NCBI RefSeq assembly: GCF_006345805.1
Contig: NC_043006.1
Span: forward strand, 1,302,001-1,366,000
Length of the DNA stretch: 64,000 bases
DNA from: Octopus sinensis
Taxonomy: Eukaryota
Reading direction: 5' to 3'
Of this stretch, positions 47,933 to 60,586 are shown piece after piece (position 1 is the stretch's first letter; the number at the start of each line of letters is the position of its first letter). The translations under genes and the position numbers were made by a program. The notes under the pieces are model-generated. The model had not been told where the DNA came from. It saw only the letters and a list, made by a program, of their open reading frames with translations, and searched no databases.

Positions 47933-48335
47933 AAGGCGGCGAGCTGGCAGAGTGGTTAGCACGCCGGGCGAAATGCTTAGCCGTATTTCGGCTGCCGCTA
48001 CGTTGTGAGTTCAAATTCCGCCGAGGTCGACTTTGCTTTTCATCCTTTCAGGGTCGATAAATTAAGTACCAGTTCCGCACTGGGGTCGATGTAATCGACT
48101 TAATACCTATATCTGTCCTTGTTTGTCCCCTCTATGTTTAGCCTCTTGTGGGTAGTAAAGAAATAGGTATTTCGTCTGCCATTACGTTGTGAGTTCAAAT
48201 TCCGCCGAGGTCGACTTTGCTTTTCATCCTTTCAGGGTCGATAAATTAAGCACCAGTTACGCACTGGGGTCGATGTAATCGACTTAATCCGTTTGTCCCC
48301 TCTGTGTTTAGCCCCTTGTGGGTAGTAAAGAAATA
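47933..48335 (+). mobile_element. SINE-B1 dimer (one head, two body+tail units) with 18-bp imperfect TSD
   Basis: TSD GGTAAATT(G/T)CCAGA(A/C)CGA at 47915-47932 and 48336-48353; internal junction at 48166. Confidence 0.9.
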
Positions 48336-48595
48336 GGTAAATTTCCAGACCGAGTAATTTTCAGCATTTACTCTGAGGCCTGTCGTTTCTGAGTCTAAAT
48401 CCTTCTGTGGTGGACATCGTATTTCGTCTATCTGTAATCCCCACAAAGACTCCATACGTGGAAAAGGTCCAATAAAACAAGTATTTTTCAGTTTTCCGCC
48501 AGGACTTTCAGAGTAGCATCACACTATATTCTACTTTCTGAAGTAGTAATGAAAGAGTCGCAAAGCATAAGTACAGCACTATATATAAATTATTA

Positions 48596-48930
48596 AGGCA
48601 CATGGCTCAGTAGTTAGAGCGTCAAGCTCACAATCATGAGGTAGTGAGTTCGATTCTCAAACCGGGTGGTGTGTTATTTTCTTGAGCAAGACACTTTATT
48701 TCGCGTTGCTCCAGTTCACTCAGCTGTAGAAATGAGTTGTGACGTCACTGGTGCCAAGCTGCATCGGCGTTTGCCTTTCCTTTGATAACATCAGTATCGT
48801 AGTGAGGGAAGGCTGGTACGCATGGGCGACTGCTGGTCTTCCATAAACAACCTTGCCCGTATTTGTGCCTTGGAGGGGAACTTTCTAGATGTAATCCCAT
48901 GGTCATTCATGACCGAAGGGGGTCTTTACC
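48596..48930 (+). mobile_element. tRNA-derived SINE-D
   Basis: TGGCTCAGTAG A-box, GAGTTCGATTC B-box, CTTGAGCAAGACACTTTATTTC body. Confidence 0.8.
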
Positions 48931-50388
48931 ATTTTCCCTTTACATGTAAATTGATATGAAAAGGGCTAATAATGCTGAAACATATCCAAAATTATGTACA
49001 GAGGAAAAGGAAGAAGAAGAGGAGAAAATAGAAGATGAGTGAGATGAAGAAGAAGAGAAGAGGGAGTAAATGAGAGAGGAATTATTCAAATTAGAAACTT
49101 GTTTTTCTTAGAGTGATAAATATTTTTTCTTTTGAACATTAGTATTCATTTCCTTATTTGATAATCTCATCAAATTATAATTTGATAAACTTAGATAAAC
49201 TTAGATATGTTTCGACCAATGATTGGTCCAGGCCATGTCTAACTTAATAGCACCACCTGATGATATATGATATATGTTAAATTATAATCATTATTTCCTG
49301 ATATTACCCATGTTGGCAAGAGTATACTTCCAAAGTTATCTGTTGTTATAAGGCTTACTCATCATATAGTATTTAACATATTAAGAGCTAGCATATTCAA
49401 ATACAATCTCCTTATATTTAATTAAGTTAATGTTAACATAAATTTCGATGTCTGTATGATAATTATGCGTTGAGAAAAAAAAAAGAAGTATAAGCTCCAA
49501 AGACTAATATTATTTTTTAATCATTCTGGAAACAAAGGTTGACAAATCTGTACGCTGAAGAAGTCAAATAAAACCGAAACATGTGTATTTATAATCAGCC
49601 TCTTCAGAGACGCCTCGCACTCTGCAATACTTGCTGAAGTACTAATGAAAGAGTCACTAAATAAATAAATTGACATAAAACAGGTTAAAGATATTGAAAA
49701 TATCCAGGGTTGTCTCTAGTTTAACCCCAAAAAAACAAAATATTAGTCATGCCTGCGACTATAACCACGCCTGCGCTTTTTATGTTACTTTAACTTAAAA
49801 AACGAAGACCACCTTCGATTAAATGGTCTCTGCATCTTAAGGCTCAGGTTTACGTAATTCATTCTAAGAATTTATTTCTAATTTTTATACTGAATCGACT
49901 AGAAACTAGCATCTTTGGAAGAAGATGTTGCTTAGATTTGCTCCAACCGAGCTACATCGGCCGCAAATCCGGTTGTCACCGCCCGTAACACAGAGGAGAG
50001 AAAGATCTATAAACATAGGGGCCTGACCGGCCAGTAACTGTTTTTTTTTGGTCATCGTCGTGACGCCTGGTGTTCTCGAACCCCGTTCAACCGATTCCCT
50101 TCACAAAACAGGGATAACAGCCGCCCGTCACAGAAATGAGCACCGCGAGGTGGAGTGGCTGCTGCGGCGACTGTCCCTGTAGCAAGGCCATCGCAGACAT
50201 TACTGTGGGGCGCAGCTGAGCACACCATTTGCTCTGGGGCACGTGGCCCATGGCTCCGTCCCCACCCCCAACGTATGCTGCTTTACCCACCCTTTCCTTC
50301 ATTACTTTCTTTTCCTCTTCTAGTAATGTTTCTGCCATCTCGCTGCCTCATACATATACATATATATAGAGAGAAAGATACATATTTA

Positions 50389-50434
<46 letters not shown>

Positions 50435-50443
50435 TTTTCTTTT

Positions 50444-50760
50444 ACTCCGCCGGTTACGACGACGAGGGTCCCAGCTGATACGATCAACGGAACAGCTTGC
50501 TCGTGAAATTAACGTGCAAATGGCTGAGCATTCCACAGACACGTGTACCCTTAACGTAGTTCTCGGGGATAATCAGCGTGACACAGAGAGTGACAAGGCT
50601 GACCCTTTGAAATACAAGTACAACTCATTTTTGCCAGCTGAGTGGACTGGAGCAACGTGAAATAAAGTGTCTTGCTCAAGGACACAACGCGTCGCCGGGA
50701 ATCGAACTCACAACCTTACGATCATGAGCCGAATGCCCTAACCACTAAGCCACGCGCCCT
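50444..50760 (-). mobile_element. Hybrid SINE: D-type head and body, C-type tail
   Basis: Head/body match 48596-48735; tail matches 14295-14470. Confidence 0.85.
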
Positions 50761-50786
50761 CACTATATATATATATACGCACATAC

Positions 50787-50825
<39 letters not shown>

Positions 50826-50924
50826 CGTGCATATGTGTTTGTGTGTTTTGGGGTTTATCCCCCGCCCACTGCATAGCAATCGTTGTTAGCTTGTTTGAGT
50901 CCCTGTAATTTAGCAGTCGATAGA

Positions 50925-51480
50925 GTACGAACCGGACTTATAACTATCCAACCTAAAACGATGAAAACCAAAGTTGGCCTCGGCAGGATTTGAACTCAGA
51001 ACATAAAGTGCCAGAAGAAATGCCGTTAAGTATGACTCCCAGCACAATACCGATTCTGCCAGATCACTGCCTTCAGTAATCCTTTTTACAACAGACACAA
51101 GAGCTGAAATTTTGGAGGGAGAAGAATAGTCGATTACATCGACCCCAGTGCGTTATTGGTACTTATTCTATTGTCCACGAAAGGCAAAGTTACCCTCGGC
51201 GAAAATTGAACTCAGAACGTTAAAATGGCTGAAATGCCGCCAACGACTCCGTCAGCTTCATCGTCTTTTATATGATAATAATGGTTTCAAATTTTGGCAC
51301 GAGGCCAGCAATTCCAGGAGAGAGAGAGAGAGAGAGTCGATTACAGCGACTCCAGTGCTCAACTGGTACTTATTTTATCGACCCCAAAAGGATGAAAGGC
51401 AAAGTCGACCTCGGCGTTAGGACGGACGAAACGCCGCTAAACATTTTGACCGCCATACTAAGGATTCTGTCAGCTCATCA
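50925..51480 (-). mobile_element. Three degenerate SINE-B copies in tandem
   Basis: Repeated GACCCCAGTG / CTGGTACTTATT / GACCTCGGC blocks. Confidence 0.7.
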
Positions 51481-51925
51481 GCGTTATATAATAATAATAA
51501 GGCAAGTGTACGTTTATATATAAGCAAGGCGTTACGTATTCTACATAAATAGCCATAAAAGAGAACACGTAACTGCACTGCTGCCGGTTGACCATATTTG
51601 GTTAAAGCTCAATATCGAGTATTAAATTATACAACTTTATTACGTCTTCGCATTTTCAATGTTTTGTTGTTTTTTGGTTGTTTTTTTTCCTTATTTATTC
51701 AATTTCAAATAAACCAGCTCAAATAAAATACTTTATTGAAACACAAACGAATAGTATTCGTATTCATAATATTATAGACTGAATAAAAAAAAGCCCAAAT
51801 GGTCGCTGTTTGTTGACGTACTTCGTCATCCACAGAAGACATTTCTGCTCATAACAGCATCTCTAATAACTAAACAATCCTGTCTTTTGTCCATCAATTA
51901 CACAAGCTTTTGCTGTTCCTACAGA

Positions 51926-52162
51926 CCCACTGCTGCTGCTGCTGCTTCTTCTTCTTCTTCTTCTTCTTCTTCTTCTTCTTCTTCTTCTTCTTCTTCTTCT
52001 TCTTCTTCTTCTTCTTCTTCTCCATCCTTTTCCTCTTCTTTTTCTTCATCCTCTTCCTCTTCTTCTTTTTCTTTATCCCCTTATTCTTCTTTTTCTTCAT
52101 CCTCTTCTTCTTCCTCTTCTTCTTCCTCTTCTTCTTCCTCTTCTTCTTCCTCTTCTTCTTCC

Positions 52163-52194
<32 letters not shown>

Positions 52195-52260
52195 TTCTTT
52201 ATCCTCTTCATCCTTCTCACCATCATCATCGTCGTCGTCGTCATCATCATCGTTTTCATG
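51926..52260. repeat. (CTT)n/(CCT) polypyrimidine tract
   Basis: Direct reading. Confidence 0.95.
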
Positions 52261-52664
52261 TTCTTTCGAATTAATAAAGAAAATTAATTAAATACCCGGA
52301 AAAAAAATTTCCGATAAACAGGCAACGTTTTAATTTTTTTTGTTTTTTTTATTCTTTTCCTTTACTTCTTTTGGTTGTTTGTTTTCGAGATCACGTGGAA
52401 TGTCTTCAAACAAAACACCACCAAGCACCAAGTGGTCGATAGACGCTGATGTTTCTTTAAACTAATTGGAAAACCCATGGAAATATCTTTCATATAAAAA
52501 TCCAATTATCGGCAGATTTTTATAAGAAGTGTTTTCAATGAAATTGTTTAGTTTAGTTGTATACATACATGCACACACACATATAGATAGATAAATGTGT
52601 TTGCGTGTGTGTAGTATATATATTATACTACATACATACATACATACACACACAAACATATTTT

Positions 52665-52862
52665 GGTTTCAAATTTTGGCACAAGGCCAGCAGTGTTGGG
52701 GGAGGGCTAGGTCGATTAAATTGACCCCCACCTCTCAACTGATAGTTATTTTATCGATCCCCAAAGTCGACCCTTGCAGAATTTGAACTCAGAACGTAAA
52801 CACAGTCTAAGTGCTCCTAAGTATTTTGCCCCCGACATGCTAACCATTCTGCCAGCTCACCA
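52665..52862 (-). mobile_element. SINE-B2
   Basis: Tail TTTCAAATTTTGGCACAAGGCCAGC and head remnant CTGCCAGCTCACCACC. Confidence 0.75.
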
Positions 52863-52898
52863 CCTTACATACATACATGCATACATACATACATATAA

Positions 52899-52929
<31 letters not shown>

Positions 52930-53290
52930 AACATACATACATACATATATATACGCATACAACATACATACATATATACACACATACATACATACAAACA
53001 TACATACATACACACATACATACATACATACATACACACACACATACATACATACATACATACATACATACACACATACATACATACATACATACACACA
53101 CATACATACATACATACATACATACACACACACAAACACACACACATATATACATATGTGTGTATGGGTGCTATAAACATTTATATATATAAACTTACAC
53201 ATATATATATATTTGTATTTATACATATATAAGTATGCATATATATATATATATATGTAAGTATGTATGTGAGTGCGTATGGATGTGTGT
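52863..53290. repeat. (CATA)/(CA)/(TA) microsatellite
   Basis: Direct reading. Confidence 0.9.
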
Positions 53291-53329
53291 GCGCGCGCGT
53301 GTGTGTGTGTGTTAGGTTTTAGAAAAGAA

Positions 53330-54110
53330 TGACAGTATCAGGATCTCTAAACTAGAAAGTTCTTAGGATCCGTGAACTCATTCTACGAGCCATATTGATT
53401 TTATTCTTGGTTTATGCACTTCAACTTAGGTTCTTGTGCACAGTTACACCTAAATGTCTGATTTTACTTGTCGCTACAAGACATTCTGTTTAGGGACGAG
53501 ATCAAGGCTGTTGAAGTAAATATTCTTTTCAAAAACAAGTTTCTCCTCGATTCGCAGCATCTTTTATTTTGTTTGTGGTGTTTTTCTTTTTCGCCAATCG
53601 AATTACAGCGCATAGATCGATTTAGAGTTTTGTGTAGTTACATACTCCCTTGATGATTTTCTGGAGTTTAGTGCCCCCTACAAGGATTTTTATTTTATTC
53701 GATGACATTTGAAATATCTTTTATGGAAATATAAAGAGAAGTGGACAAAGCACAGCACCCTGGAGGACACCACCAATGACTTTTGTTAGTCTTAAGTAAA
53801 TTCGGCGGACCACAGCTTGTTGTGTTCTTCTTCTCGGGAAACGTCTAATCATCTGCGGTAGCTTACCAGTGGACTCCAGTGCTGGATAATTTCTTCAGTC
53901 GAATACTGCTTGACTTTCTGTCGAAATCTTTACTGAGGTCAAGATAAGTGGCATTTATGTTGTGGCCTCCTCCTAGAGCATTTAGAATGCCATAAACTAA
54001 ACATAGTACAGGAGCAATGTTAGGCCGTCTCTGCCTCAGCGAAAACCATTCTAGAAGGATCCAGGCTGCAAGAGATTATTTCTCTCTAAGAAAGCAGTTA
54101 TTTTTTATCG
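53330..54110 (-). pseudogene. Decayed CR1-group reverse transcriptase
   Basis: Minus-strand GHNINATYLDLSKDFDRK, GVLQGAVLCPLLF, IRHLGV, NMARRMS..ILRTF. Confidence 0.7.
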
Positions 54111-54331
54111 CCCCACCCTCTCACATACTTTAATAATGTGAAGGATTAGTGAGATGAGACGGTAACTCACTGCGAGCAACTTATTTTCCTTTTTAAAACT
54201 ACGATGATTATTTGGGACAAAATCTTTCACATACAAAACATGCGTCTAACGAATTCCTTCAAAGACTGGCCTTTCTTCACTTTAAAATGCTTCGGACACA
54301 AGCATTGCTTGAATTTTAATATTTCTATTTT

Positions 54332-54570
54332 GTGTTACATCCTGCGGCTGGCTGTAACCGGAAAAGCAAAACACTGAGTGAAACATTCCTTGACAAAATG
54401 AAGATATGTGTCCGTGTGGGTGGTAAGTCCTCTGAACCCCTGCAGCATGAGGGACCCGTCCGTGTTACATTTGTGCAAGAGTCCAGGTTCCTGAAAGCCA
54501 GATTCATGCTATTCGTGCTTGAGAGAACAATCAAGAGATGGCATTGCTCCAAATCGAGTTGCACCCATCA
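54332..54570 (+). pseudogene. Short decayed non-LTR reverse transcriptase fragment (RTE-like)
   Basis: KICVRVGGKSSEP..FMLFVLE resembles the RT segment around the GVxQG motif. Confidence 0.35.
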
Positions 54571-54586
54571 TGTGTGTGTGTGTGTG

Positions 54587-54632
<46 letters not shown>

Positions 54633-55107
54633 AACATTAGAACATATAACTTCGAAATTGTTTAAAAGAAAAGTATAAGATTTTTATTGTAAAATGTACC
54701 GCGACATTGTTAATCATAAGGAGTATCATATACACAGAAGGAAACTTATAACAATGGCGAGGAGGAAGAAGAGGAGGAGGAAGAAGAGGAGGAGGAAGAA
54801 GAGGAGGAGGAAGAGGAAAAGAAGGGGAATGGGGGAAGAAGTATATGTTAGTGAAATATATGTGGGAAGAAGAAAACGTCGAGAAGTAAAGAAAAATTGA
54901 GCGATGTTAGTATCGGAGACGGTGTTGGGGAAATGGTGGATGTGGAAAGATGGCCGGCCTTAGTTGGAAGATTACAAGTAGGATCTGTCTAGATAATTCA
55001 TTACCACCTACAGCAATACAAATATTATATGTTTATCGATTAGCAGAATAAGAGGGTTTCTGTATTTGTAATTGAAACTCTACGTGTGTTAGACCATCGT
55101 CTCCGGT

Positions 55108-55296
55108 ACTTCACTCAAATATACTTCACTCAACTATAATTTACTCGAATATACTTTATTCTAATGTCCTCCGCTCAAATATACCTTACTCTAGTGTATT
55201 CCACTCAAACATACTTCACTCAACCATATTTCATTGAAATATACTTTTGAGCATTTCACTCAAAAATACTTCACTCAAGTATATTTCACTCAAATA
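55108..55296. repeat. Degenerate ~15-bp minisatellite (TACTTCACTCAAATA)
   Basis: About 12 diverged units read directly. Confidence 0.85.
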
Positions 55297-57434
55297 ATTT
55301 TCGCCTGGTCATCATTTTCAATATACCTAGAAACCATTTTTCGTTCTCTTCGTGAAGTGTGAGAAATGCAATTTTCTCCTCAGAAATAATCTCTTTTAAC
55401 CAGTCAGAAAACAAGTTTGATATCATGTGACCAAGTACAACAGCTGTTCAGACATGTGATATTTTCCAATGAGGATCCTTGGGAGGAAAGAAAGAGACGG
55501 AAATAAATGAGAAAACTTTATTGATTTTCACAAAATATTTTTTTTTAAACTATGATGCAACATATTTGCAGACGATTCTTTCTCTGCTTGCAATTACAGT
55601 ACGCCGCCATAAAGTAGACATGTGCCACTAGAGGCGTAGTCGAATCGTGTTCATGACTTCATTTCAATTTCCGGTTTAAAGTATTTTCATTCTTTTATAT
55701 CATTTATGCGCCTGGAAAAAGTGTGAACGTCTTACAATCACATTATTCTTCTAGAAACTGAAGGAATCTGAAACCGATTATCTCTGTATGACATCATGTA
55801 ATATAATCTTTGACAGAATCGGTGAAATATAGTGTAAAATTTCTTACAATATTTATTTACGTCCATTTACATGCTGTGTTCGAAACCATCTTAGGTAGGA
55901 ACTTCTTTTCACGAAATGAGTGTGACCACCGAGTACAAGCTTGGTTATTTCCAGCTAGTGTCCTTGAGTTAATTACATCATAACTCTTATTTTCCTGTAA
56001 AAGTTATTAAGTGCCATGCTAATATAAGAAATAATGATGGATTTAAATTGGATAGGCAACATACTTTTATTTCACATTTTACTTTCTCCATTTTCAGATA
56101 TACGTTACTTGAAATAACTTTAATTTATACTTTGTCAAAAAAAATCAAGGATGTGATTAAGTTATTGCGCGGGACATAATGAAAGCTCCGTCTTTCTATG
56201 ACTTGTTTCCTGTATCTTCTTTGATTTATGACAGTATATCAGCTGCAACTAAAGAAATCTTTCTAGAATTATATAGAAACTCCTGTCGACCACAAGAGAC
56301 AATATCGCCTTTTTACTGACGAAGGAGCCTCTAGGCTGGCGTTGGACCTGCTAGAACTACAAGGCAAATTCTCTCAGATCACATCCCATCATCTTCAAAA
56401 AAAATATAGGCGAGGCTGCACTGGTCAGTGTAGTTAGATATATACAATTATACGAGATGGTCAGACTGAAACGCCTTTCCACGTGGATCTCCTCAGGAAG
56501 TACTGACTGGGGCTAAACAACAATAATAACCTGTCCACAACCAAATAGACCGAGACATTAAAAGCTCAGTACCTTTTGCTAGAATACAACACATTATAAT
56601 GGTAAATGATATACTGTGATTTGAGGAATATCTGGCTGATATTTCTGTCAAATTGATGAGCCACTTATGAGCCGATGTTAATGAAAATATGCATTAGTTC
56701 CTATTCCTCCTCCTTCTCCTTCCCCTTCACACTCTCATCTACTTTTCCTTTCTTTCTTCTCTGCATTTCTCCTTTCTACCCTCTTTCTACCCTGTTGCAC
56801 CAAATAAACCATAGATCGTCCACCTATTGTTCCAACACTCTTTTCGATGTATTATAGTTTCATGTAAGTCTCTCTGCGTCTTTGTATATACACCCGACAC
56901 CAAAGTTTTCCTAATGTGAGTAAACATACACGGCTAATAACATATATCACACCATTTTCTTCATTACTACTGACTGTTATTAATAACACAATCGATAAAC
57001 CTAGTTACAATAAAGAACAAGATAAGTGAATTAACATGGCTACTATTGTTTAAAAGCCATACAATATCATTTAGCCTTGATTAGTTTATTTCTTGATACT
57101 GGCACAAGTCCAGAGACATTTTGCAACTGAATCGAGGCCATTATATGACTGGTACTATGATATGATGGAAGGTACGTCAACATTGATGTAGCATACATAA
57201 TTTAGTATATCGACAAACGTAGTTAATTATTAGGTTTTAAATTCTACTCTCTTTGACACTATGTCAACTTCAATATTACTTAAGTATTATCAAGCACAAT
57301 ATTTTGTAAACGCTGTAGAACAGTGCTTCGCAAACTCTTTTGTTTTTAACCCTCGCCTCCGTTCTTTTAATAACACTACGTCAATGATCCCTAGAAGTAA
57401 AATACACCACAAATAATAGCTGACGGCAAGTTTA

Positions 57435-57666
57435 AGGCGGCGAGCTGGCAGAATTGTTAGCACGCCGGGCGAAATGCGTAGCCGTATTTCGTCTGCCGTT
57501 ATGTTCTGAGTTCAAATTCTGCCGAGGTCGACTTTGCCTTTCATCCTTTCGGGGTCGATTAAATAAGTACCAGTTACGCACTGGGGTCGATGTAATCGAT
57601 TTAATCCATGTGTCTGTCCTTGTTTGTCTCCTCTGTGTTTAGCCCCTTGTGGGTAGTAAAGAAATA
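57435..57666 (+). mobile_element. Full-length SINE-B1 with 10-bp TSD
   Basis: TSD GGCAAGTTTA at 57425-57434 and 57667-57676. Confidence 0.92.
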
Positions 57667-57777
57667 GGCAAGTTTATCGCAATTAAAATGCTACTTGCAC
57701 ATAAGTCATTTCGTTAATATAATATCGAATGTTAAAACATTTCGACTCCAATATTGGTTCCAAATATTGGCTCAAGA

Positions 57778-57935
57778 TTCGACCCCAGTGCTCAACTGGT
57801 ACTTATTTTATCGACCCTGAAAGGGATGAAAGACAAAGTCGACCTCGGTGGATTTTGAACCCAGAACGTACTGACGGATAAAATGCCGCTAAACATTTTG
57901 TCCGGCGTGCTAACGATTCTCCCGGCTCGCCCCCT
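57778..57935 (-). mobile_element. SINE-B head and body, inverted relative to the previous copy
   Basis: Reverse complement match to 57435-57590. Confidence 0.8.
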
Positions 57936-58769
57936 TATTTTGACTCTAATATTGTCAGATAATGCACGTACACAATCAAAATTGAAAATATTTTGAAAAT
58001 TAGGGCAAATAAAAGATGCATGAATTATCACTCCCACCAACTGTCCCGATGGTCGCCGGTACTCGCACAAAATTTACCACCAAGTTCCGTCCACATTGTG
58101 AAATACTTCTGTAGAATATTAGTGAACGAAGTCTAACGTGTGTTCCGTTCCCAATTGAACTATTAAGCCTCGTATCTTCGGGGTTTGGCCTTTATCAAAA
58201 AACTGAAAAATGATGAAAATGATTATACTGATTCACATTTGACACACATGATTATACACTATTCAGTGACATGCAAGGGAAACTTTTACATAGTAATACG
58301 ATTTGCTGAAAATAGCAGTTAAATTTTCATCAAATCACACTTTATCGCCTTGAACAGAGGCGAACACATTGGATATTGTAGTCTTAGACGTACAATGCCA
58401 GAGAGAATGGAATGATGGTTACACCTGGAATGCAATTTGATCATAGATCTGTTCATTTGGGGCTAGATTGGACTTAACAACAACAAAAACAAAAGCAATA
58501 AACTATTCAGGATTACGCAAATGAGTAAGAGGTGCTCCAGCATGTCCGCAGTCAAATGACTTGTAAAAGTAAGGGAAAGTTTTAAAAATTGAAATAAACA
58601 AGAAATTAAAAACCATGCTGATTACCTGATCGATAGCATATCGAACAACTAAGCATGTCAATGTAATGCTTAATCGTTAACGTAATGTCACGAGTTCATA
58701 TGACTCCACAATCACTGTGAAGCACCCGCGGCCAAGCCATTCAATTACAATCATCAAATTGTCCCCCAG

Positions 58770-58799
<30 letters not shown>

Positions 58800-58804
<5 letters not shown>

Positions 58805-59790
58805 TAAATATAAGGGTAGCAAAAAATTCTAGAAAAAATTCTCAGCTACCAGCGGTCTAGTGAGAAAGAAAAAATAGTCAAAGACTACATAATATACATT
58901 CAACAATATAAGGAATGGCCAGAATAGGACATTCGACTCACTAGAAAGAGCAGCCAAACTCAAACCGCTAATAGTTGTAATTCTGAAATTGAAAGAGAAA
59001 TAAAAACGTTTACCCCTTTCATCTCTGGACTATGCACGCCAGTTGTAGATAAATTTAATTTAATTAATTTGTTTAACAAAGTTTGCCGAAACTATGCATA
59101 GTCCAGAGATGAAAGGGGTAAACGTTTTTATTTCTCTTTCAATTTCAGAATTACAACTATTAGCGGTTTGAGTTTGGCTGCTCTTTCTAGTGAATCGAAT
59201 GTCCTATTATGGCCATTCCTTATATTGTTGAATGTATATTATATAGTCTTTGACTATCTTTTCTTTCTCGCTGGACCGCTGGTAGCGGAGAATTTTTTCT
59301 AGAATTTTTTGCTACCCTTATATTTATTAATTAATGATTTTTTGACTAATTTTGAAATTAAATCAGCAGTTTATATTTGCTGCTGAGAAGACCGCGAGAT
59401 TGCGGTAGATTTTGAAAATTTATAGCATATAGACTGGAGGCTTCCTTACCATCGCCTCGTGGATATATACTCGTCCTTGGCTTCTCTGTTGACGAGGCAC
59501 GCCAGTTGTAAATAAATTTAATTTAATTTAATTAATTTGTTTAACAAAGTTTGCCGAAACTATGCATAGTCCAGAGATGAAAGGGGTAAACATTTTTATT
59601 TCTCTTTCAATTTCAGAATTATAACTATTAGTGGTTTGAGTACTTCCTGAGGAGATCCGTGTGGAAAGGCGTTTCAGTGTGACCATCTCGTAGTATTGTA
59701 TATATATCTAACTACACTGACCAGTGCAGCCTCGCCTATCTTTCTAGTGAGTCGAATGTCCTATTATGGCCATTCCTTATATTTTTTAAT
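58800..59790 (+). mobile_element. Penelope-pLTR/retrozyme-like locus: 463-bp tandem unit (~1.6 copies) with inverted 5' arm
   Basis: 58800-59036 is inverse of 59095-59331; CGCCAGTTG recurs at 59037 and 59500; hammerhead at 59483. Confidence 0.75.
59483..59577 (+). ncRNA. Type I hammerhead ribozyme with palindromic stem III and C3U change
   Basis: Stem I TCTCTG/CAGAGA; TTGACGA 59489-59495; stem II GGCA/TGCC; GAAA 59556-59559; CTATGCATAG; TC site 59570-59571. Confidence 0.72.
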
Positions 59791-59809
59791 ATATATATAT
59801 ATATATAAT

Positions 59810-59858
<49 letters not shown>

Positions 59859-59889
59859 TATATATATATATATGAAGTAAACAACAAGT

Positions 59890-60260
59890 TGTACGTATCG
59901 CTGCATGGATAAATCAAAGGTAGAACAGAAAAAAACACAACAAACGGGAACCGTCAAAACAACATGCAGGAAAAGGACAAAAGCACAACAACAAAAGGGA
60001 CAAACCAAGATAGACGGATCGTTCGCAGCCAATTGCCTCTTCAGTCGAAATCCGGAATATCCACGTAGTTTCGCCCATTTATTTCCGATACTACTCGAAA
60101 CCGGCTGGACCAAGGACTCAGGCTAAAAGTATTGAGCCACTGGGCAAGGCAAACGGATGTACATATACGAAAACAAGTAAGTAAACAAGAGAAACAACAG
60201 AAAGGGTCTCCCGACTATCGGACGAGAGTAACAGGAAATAGAATTATACATGTACAAAGG
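59890..60260 (-). mobile_element. Probable Penelope-like terminal fragment between (TA)n tracts
   Basis: Degenerate GACTGAAGA..CGAAC motif; layout like 12822-13090. Confidence 0.3.
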
Positions 60261-60540
60261 ACAAACGCCTTTTGGCTATATATATATATATTTATATTTA
60301 TATATACATGTATAAGAGAGAATTATACCACTATGTGGAAACCCTTATTCTAGAAGAAGATCCGCTATGATCTTAACCACTAAGAATTGTTCTCTAGAAA
60401 ATTTAGCAAATTATATTTATATATGTAATACTATTTACTGAACCTCATTTTCTTTATATGCTAGACCACTGGTGTTAAAATAGATGTTATCAAATAAATA
60501 TCCAATTTTTCACCCTCATTAAAATTTCAATATATATGTT

Positions 60541-60585
<45 letters not shown>

Positions 60586-60586
60586 A

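Noticed and set aside
51887-52291. Poly-Ser, poly-Lys and poly-Phe ORFs
   Set aside because: These are three readings of one (CTT)n tract.
55108-55296. CRISPR-like appearance of short repeats (also 62131-62310)
   Set aside because: There are no unique spacers of constant length and no cas genes, and the context is eukaryotic; these are minisatellites.
56470-56500. CTGAGGA..GAAA on the minus strand (copied at 59647); similar lone boxes near 3101, 7834, 22085, 37254
   Set aside because: Stems I and II do not form; these are expected chance matches.
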